A stretch of 64,000 nucleotides of DNA, taken from positions 896,001-960,000 of the forward strand of contig CAWGYA010000008.1 of assembly GCA_963826715.1 (NCBI GenBank). The letters run 5' to 3'. This stretch comes from Candidatus Bathyarchaeota archaeon (GTDB lineage: Archaea > Thermoproteota > Bathyarchaeia > Bathyarchaeales > Bathycorpusculaceae). Under the pieces are notes generated by a model. The model did no database searches. It was not told the origin of the DNA and worked only from the letters and a program-made list of their open reading frames with translations. The first letter of the stretch is position 1. The number at the start of each line of letters is the position of its first letter. Both the position numbers and the translations under genes were made by a program. Below are positions 61,652 to 64,000 of this stretch, piece after piece.

Positions 61652-62398
61652 TTGGGTATCTCCGAGGCATCTGTTATGAAGCATCTGAAAATAACAGCAT
61701 TTGACCTTCCAGACGCATGGTTCAAAACGTTACGCAGCATCTGGAGAGACGGCGACATTTTTCGAGTGGGCTTCGGTTCAGAGGAAACCGAAACAAAAAA
61801 ACTCAACCTGTCAATTGAGATATCACACCCCGAAAACCGTCCCCTCGTCAGCGATAAGGCACCCTGCGACTTCAAATACGTGCAGGGCTATGCGCTAGAA
61901 TACTTGTGGTGTGGCGATAAGCAAGAGCAGGAAACCTACACCTACGGCAGCCGCCTCAACCATCCCGTGAATCAAGTGGAAGAAGCTGTAAAACGGTATG
62001 CGGAGGAACAGCGGGATCGCCAAGTAACAATGGTCATTCGGTTGCCCACTGATATAAAAAAGTTCGATGAAAACAACCATAAAAGCGAACCCCCATGCCT
62101 TAGCCTTATTGACACAGAAATCATGGATGAGCAAATGCATTTAACCTGCTACTTCCGAAGCTGGGATGCGTTCGGAGGGTTGCCGGCTAACATTGCTGGG
62201 TTGCAGCTCTTCAATGAGGCATTCGTTTCAGAGATTAATGAACGGGGTAACCTGTCACTTAAGACGGGCAAGCTAGTTTTTCACTCAAAAAACTGCCATA
62301 TCTATGAGCGGCAATATGGGCTTGTTAATGAACTACTGGAGCCAAAGGACAGTGCCAAAACAACCCGGTTAGCAAAAGCTCTAAAGGAAACAAGTTAA
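61652..62398 (+). CDS. thyA: Thymidylate synthase (archaeal ThyA-type)
   Basis: YTYG.RL, PPCL, FRSWD, PANI, HIYE. Confidence 0.85.
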   Translation: MGISEASVMKHLKITAFDLPDAWFKTLRSIWRDGDIFRVGFGSEETETKKLNLSIEISHPENRPLVSDKAPCDFKYVQGYALEYLWCGDKQEQETYTYGSRLNHPVNQVEEAVKRYAEEQRDRQVTMVIRLPTDIKKFDENNHKSEPPCLSLIDTEIMDEQMHLTCYFRSWDAFGGLPANIAGLQLFNEAFVSEINERGNLSLKTGKLVFHSKNCHIYERQYGLVNELLEPKDSAKTTRLAKALKETS

Positions 62399-63795
62399 TC
62401 TACTGTTTTTTTAGTTGGGTACCTCAGTTTTTTCCATGCGGTCATGCCACCCAATACGTTACTTGTGCCTTTAAACCCGGCGCGTTCAAGGATGCTGAGC
62501 GCTATGCTACTTCTGTTCCCCACTGAGCACGTAACTGCAAGGGGCGTTTCTTTGGATATGGACTGGCTTTTTTCTGGCAATTCATAGAAGCTTATAAGTT
62601 TCGCACCTGCGATGTACCCATCCTGTGACCATTCACGGGGATCTCGAACATCCAAAAGTGAAATTTGGTTTTTTTCCATCTTATCTCGAAGTTCAGTGAC
62701 GTTTATAGTGCAAAAATTTTGGAAAGGTTTACCTGCTTCCTGCCATGCATCAATGCCTCCGCACAGGTAACCAATGATGTTATCAAATCCCAGCCTATAG
62801 AACCTTACTGCTGCTGTACTATTGTCTTCTGCTTTTTCATGTACAAAAATGACGCGTTGAGATGGGTCCATGAGCCATCCTGGATAAACACTGGTTCCTC
62901 CTAGCCACATGCTAAGTGAATTTGGAATGTGCGAACCCGCAAAAGCGTTTGGACGTCGTGTATCGACCACAATAATATTTTGTTGTTGCATTTCGTCTTC
63001 AAACTCGGATAGTGGTAGTGGCTCAGGATAATTGGGCTTACATAGCAATGGTGGACCGTTGAGATTGTATTCTTCGATTTGCTTGAAGTAGCGTGGCACA
63101 GCCAACCTCTCACTCATGGATTTTTTGACGAATTCTTTTTTACTCAATCTCAGGTAAGGATTAGTTATTTTTTCGTAGCCAATCGTTGTAGGTTCAATAC
63201 CCGTGATCTCCCCACCGCAGATGCTGCCTGCACCATGTGCGGGATAAACGAGCACTCCGCCATCAAGCTTTAGTAGCCTTTCTTGGAGACAACTATAGAG
63301 GTCTTCAGCTTGAGCTGCCCACTTATCTCTTCCGTAAAGATCCACTCGCCCTACTGAGCCCGAAAATAATGTATCCCCGGTGAAAACCATTTTTGCTTCC
63401 TCTCTCTCGAAGACGAGATAGCAAACAGACTCGTTAGTATGTCCGGGTGTGTAAATAACCTTAATTTTGAGGTTACCCAAGTTTAACGTGTCGCCGTCGG
63501 CTAGGTTATTTTCACCGTACCTGAAGGGTAACTCTTTGCTATGCCCAATCTGGGCTCCAGTCATATTCTGCAGCTCAAGTGAACCCACGACATAGTCCTC
63601 GTTTCTATGTGTCTCCAAGATATACTTGATTTTGGTACAGTCTTTAGATGCGAGTTCAGTGTAGATTTCGCAGTCTCGGCGGGGATCAATTACAACAGCT
63701 TCACCATTGCTTGCAAGGTAGTAGCTGTTGTGGGCTAAGCCCTCGGATTTCACTGTGTTAAGCATCATTTTCATCACCAATAGTCTTTTCCCCAA
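62395..63795 (-). CDS. MBL-fold hydrolase with two rhodanese domains
   Basis: ETHRNEDY, TPGHT, TGDTLF, PAHGAGS, DTR..F...HIP, CSVGNRS. Confidence 0.9.
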   Translation of the reverse strand: MGKRLLVMKMMLNTVKSEGLAHNSYYLASNGEAVVIDPRRDCEIYTELASKDCTKIKYILETHRNEDYVVGSLELQNMTGAQIGHSKELPFRYGENNLADGDTLNLGNLKIKVIYTPGHTNESVCYLVFEREEAKMVFTGDTLFSGSVGRVDLYGRDKWAAQAEDLYSCLQERLLKLDGGVLVYPAHGAGSICGGEITGIEPTTIGYEKITNPYLRLSKKEFVKKSMSERLAVPRYFKQIEEYNLNGPPLLCKPNYPEPLPLSEFEDEMQQQNIIVVDTRRPNAFAGSHIPNSLSMWLGGTSVYPGWLMDPSQRVIFVHEKAEDNSTAAVRFYRLGFDNIIGYLCGGIDAWQEAGKPFQNFCTINVTELRDKMEKNQISLLDVRDPREWSQDGYIAGAKLISFYELPEKSQSISKETPLAVTCSVGNRSSIALSILERAGFKGTSNVLGGMTAWKKLRYPTKKTVD

Positions 63796-64000
63796 AGAAT
63801 TCTCTTTTGTTGTTCGATATACTTTTTGTTACAGATTGCACGACTTTAACGGCGCTCAAATACTTGCTTTTCATTTGAGCACCAAATGAGCGGTTGTAAA
63901 TCATTTTTGGATATTTGTTGAAGTAGTAAACGATGCTCTTTTTTTCGATTAAGCTAATTTCTATGGGAAAGTTGTTTAGTCTAAGGTTTAGTTGGGTTTG

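Noticed and set aside
1-64000. CRISPR array, and the many short antisense ORFs in the track
   Set aside because: No regularly spaced repeats seen; the antisense ORFs are shadows of well-supported genes

Overview
Archaeal chromosomal window, most consistent with Bathyarchaeia (thermosome, prefoldin beta, archaeal CobT/CobY/CobZ, DGGGP synthase, secreted PQQ-repeat proteins, frequent TTG/GTG starts). No database searches were run; family calls rest on recognised motifs. Three parts. (1) About 1-21 kb and 37.4-52 kb form one apparent envelope/cobamide supercluster. It holds four B12-binding radical SAM enzymes, a SPASM radical SAM (possible GMGT synthase), an epimerase-DGGGP synthase-tetraether synthase (Tes) operon and a late cobamide assembly set (cbiB, cobD, cobT, cobZ, two cobS-cobY pairs). 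It also holds two SAM methyltransferases, five glycosyltransferases and two beta-propeller surface proteins. (2) About 21.1-37.3 kb is an accessory island splitting that cluster. It carries an MNT-HEPN toxin-antitoxin pair flanked by a duplicated gene end, an orphan large terminase, a nuclease-NACHT + HAD pair, a three-nuclease operon, decayed tmk and DUF6293 genes, a TGT-like gene and an integrase tail. It is punctuated by tRNA-3'-end-like scars that all break at the T-loop. (3) About 52-64 kb is ordinary housekeeping. Many single-base indels at 18.5-25 kb may be assembly errors. No CRISPR array, rRNA or intact tRNA was seen.
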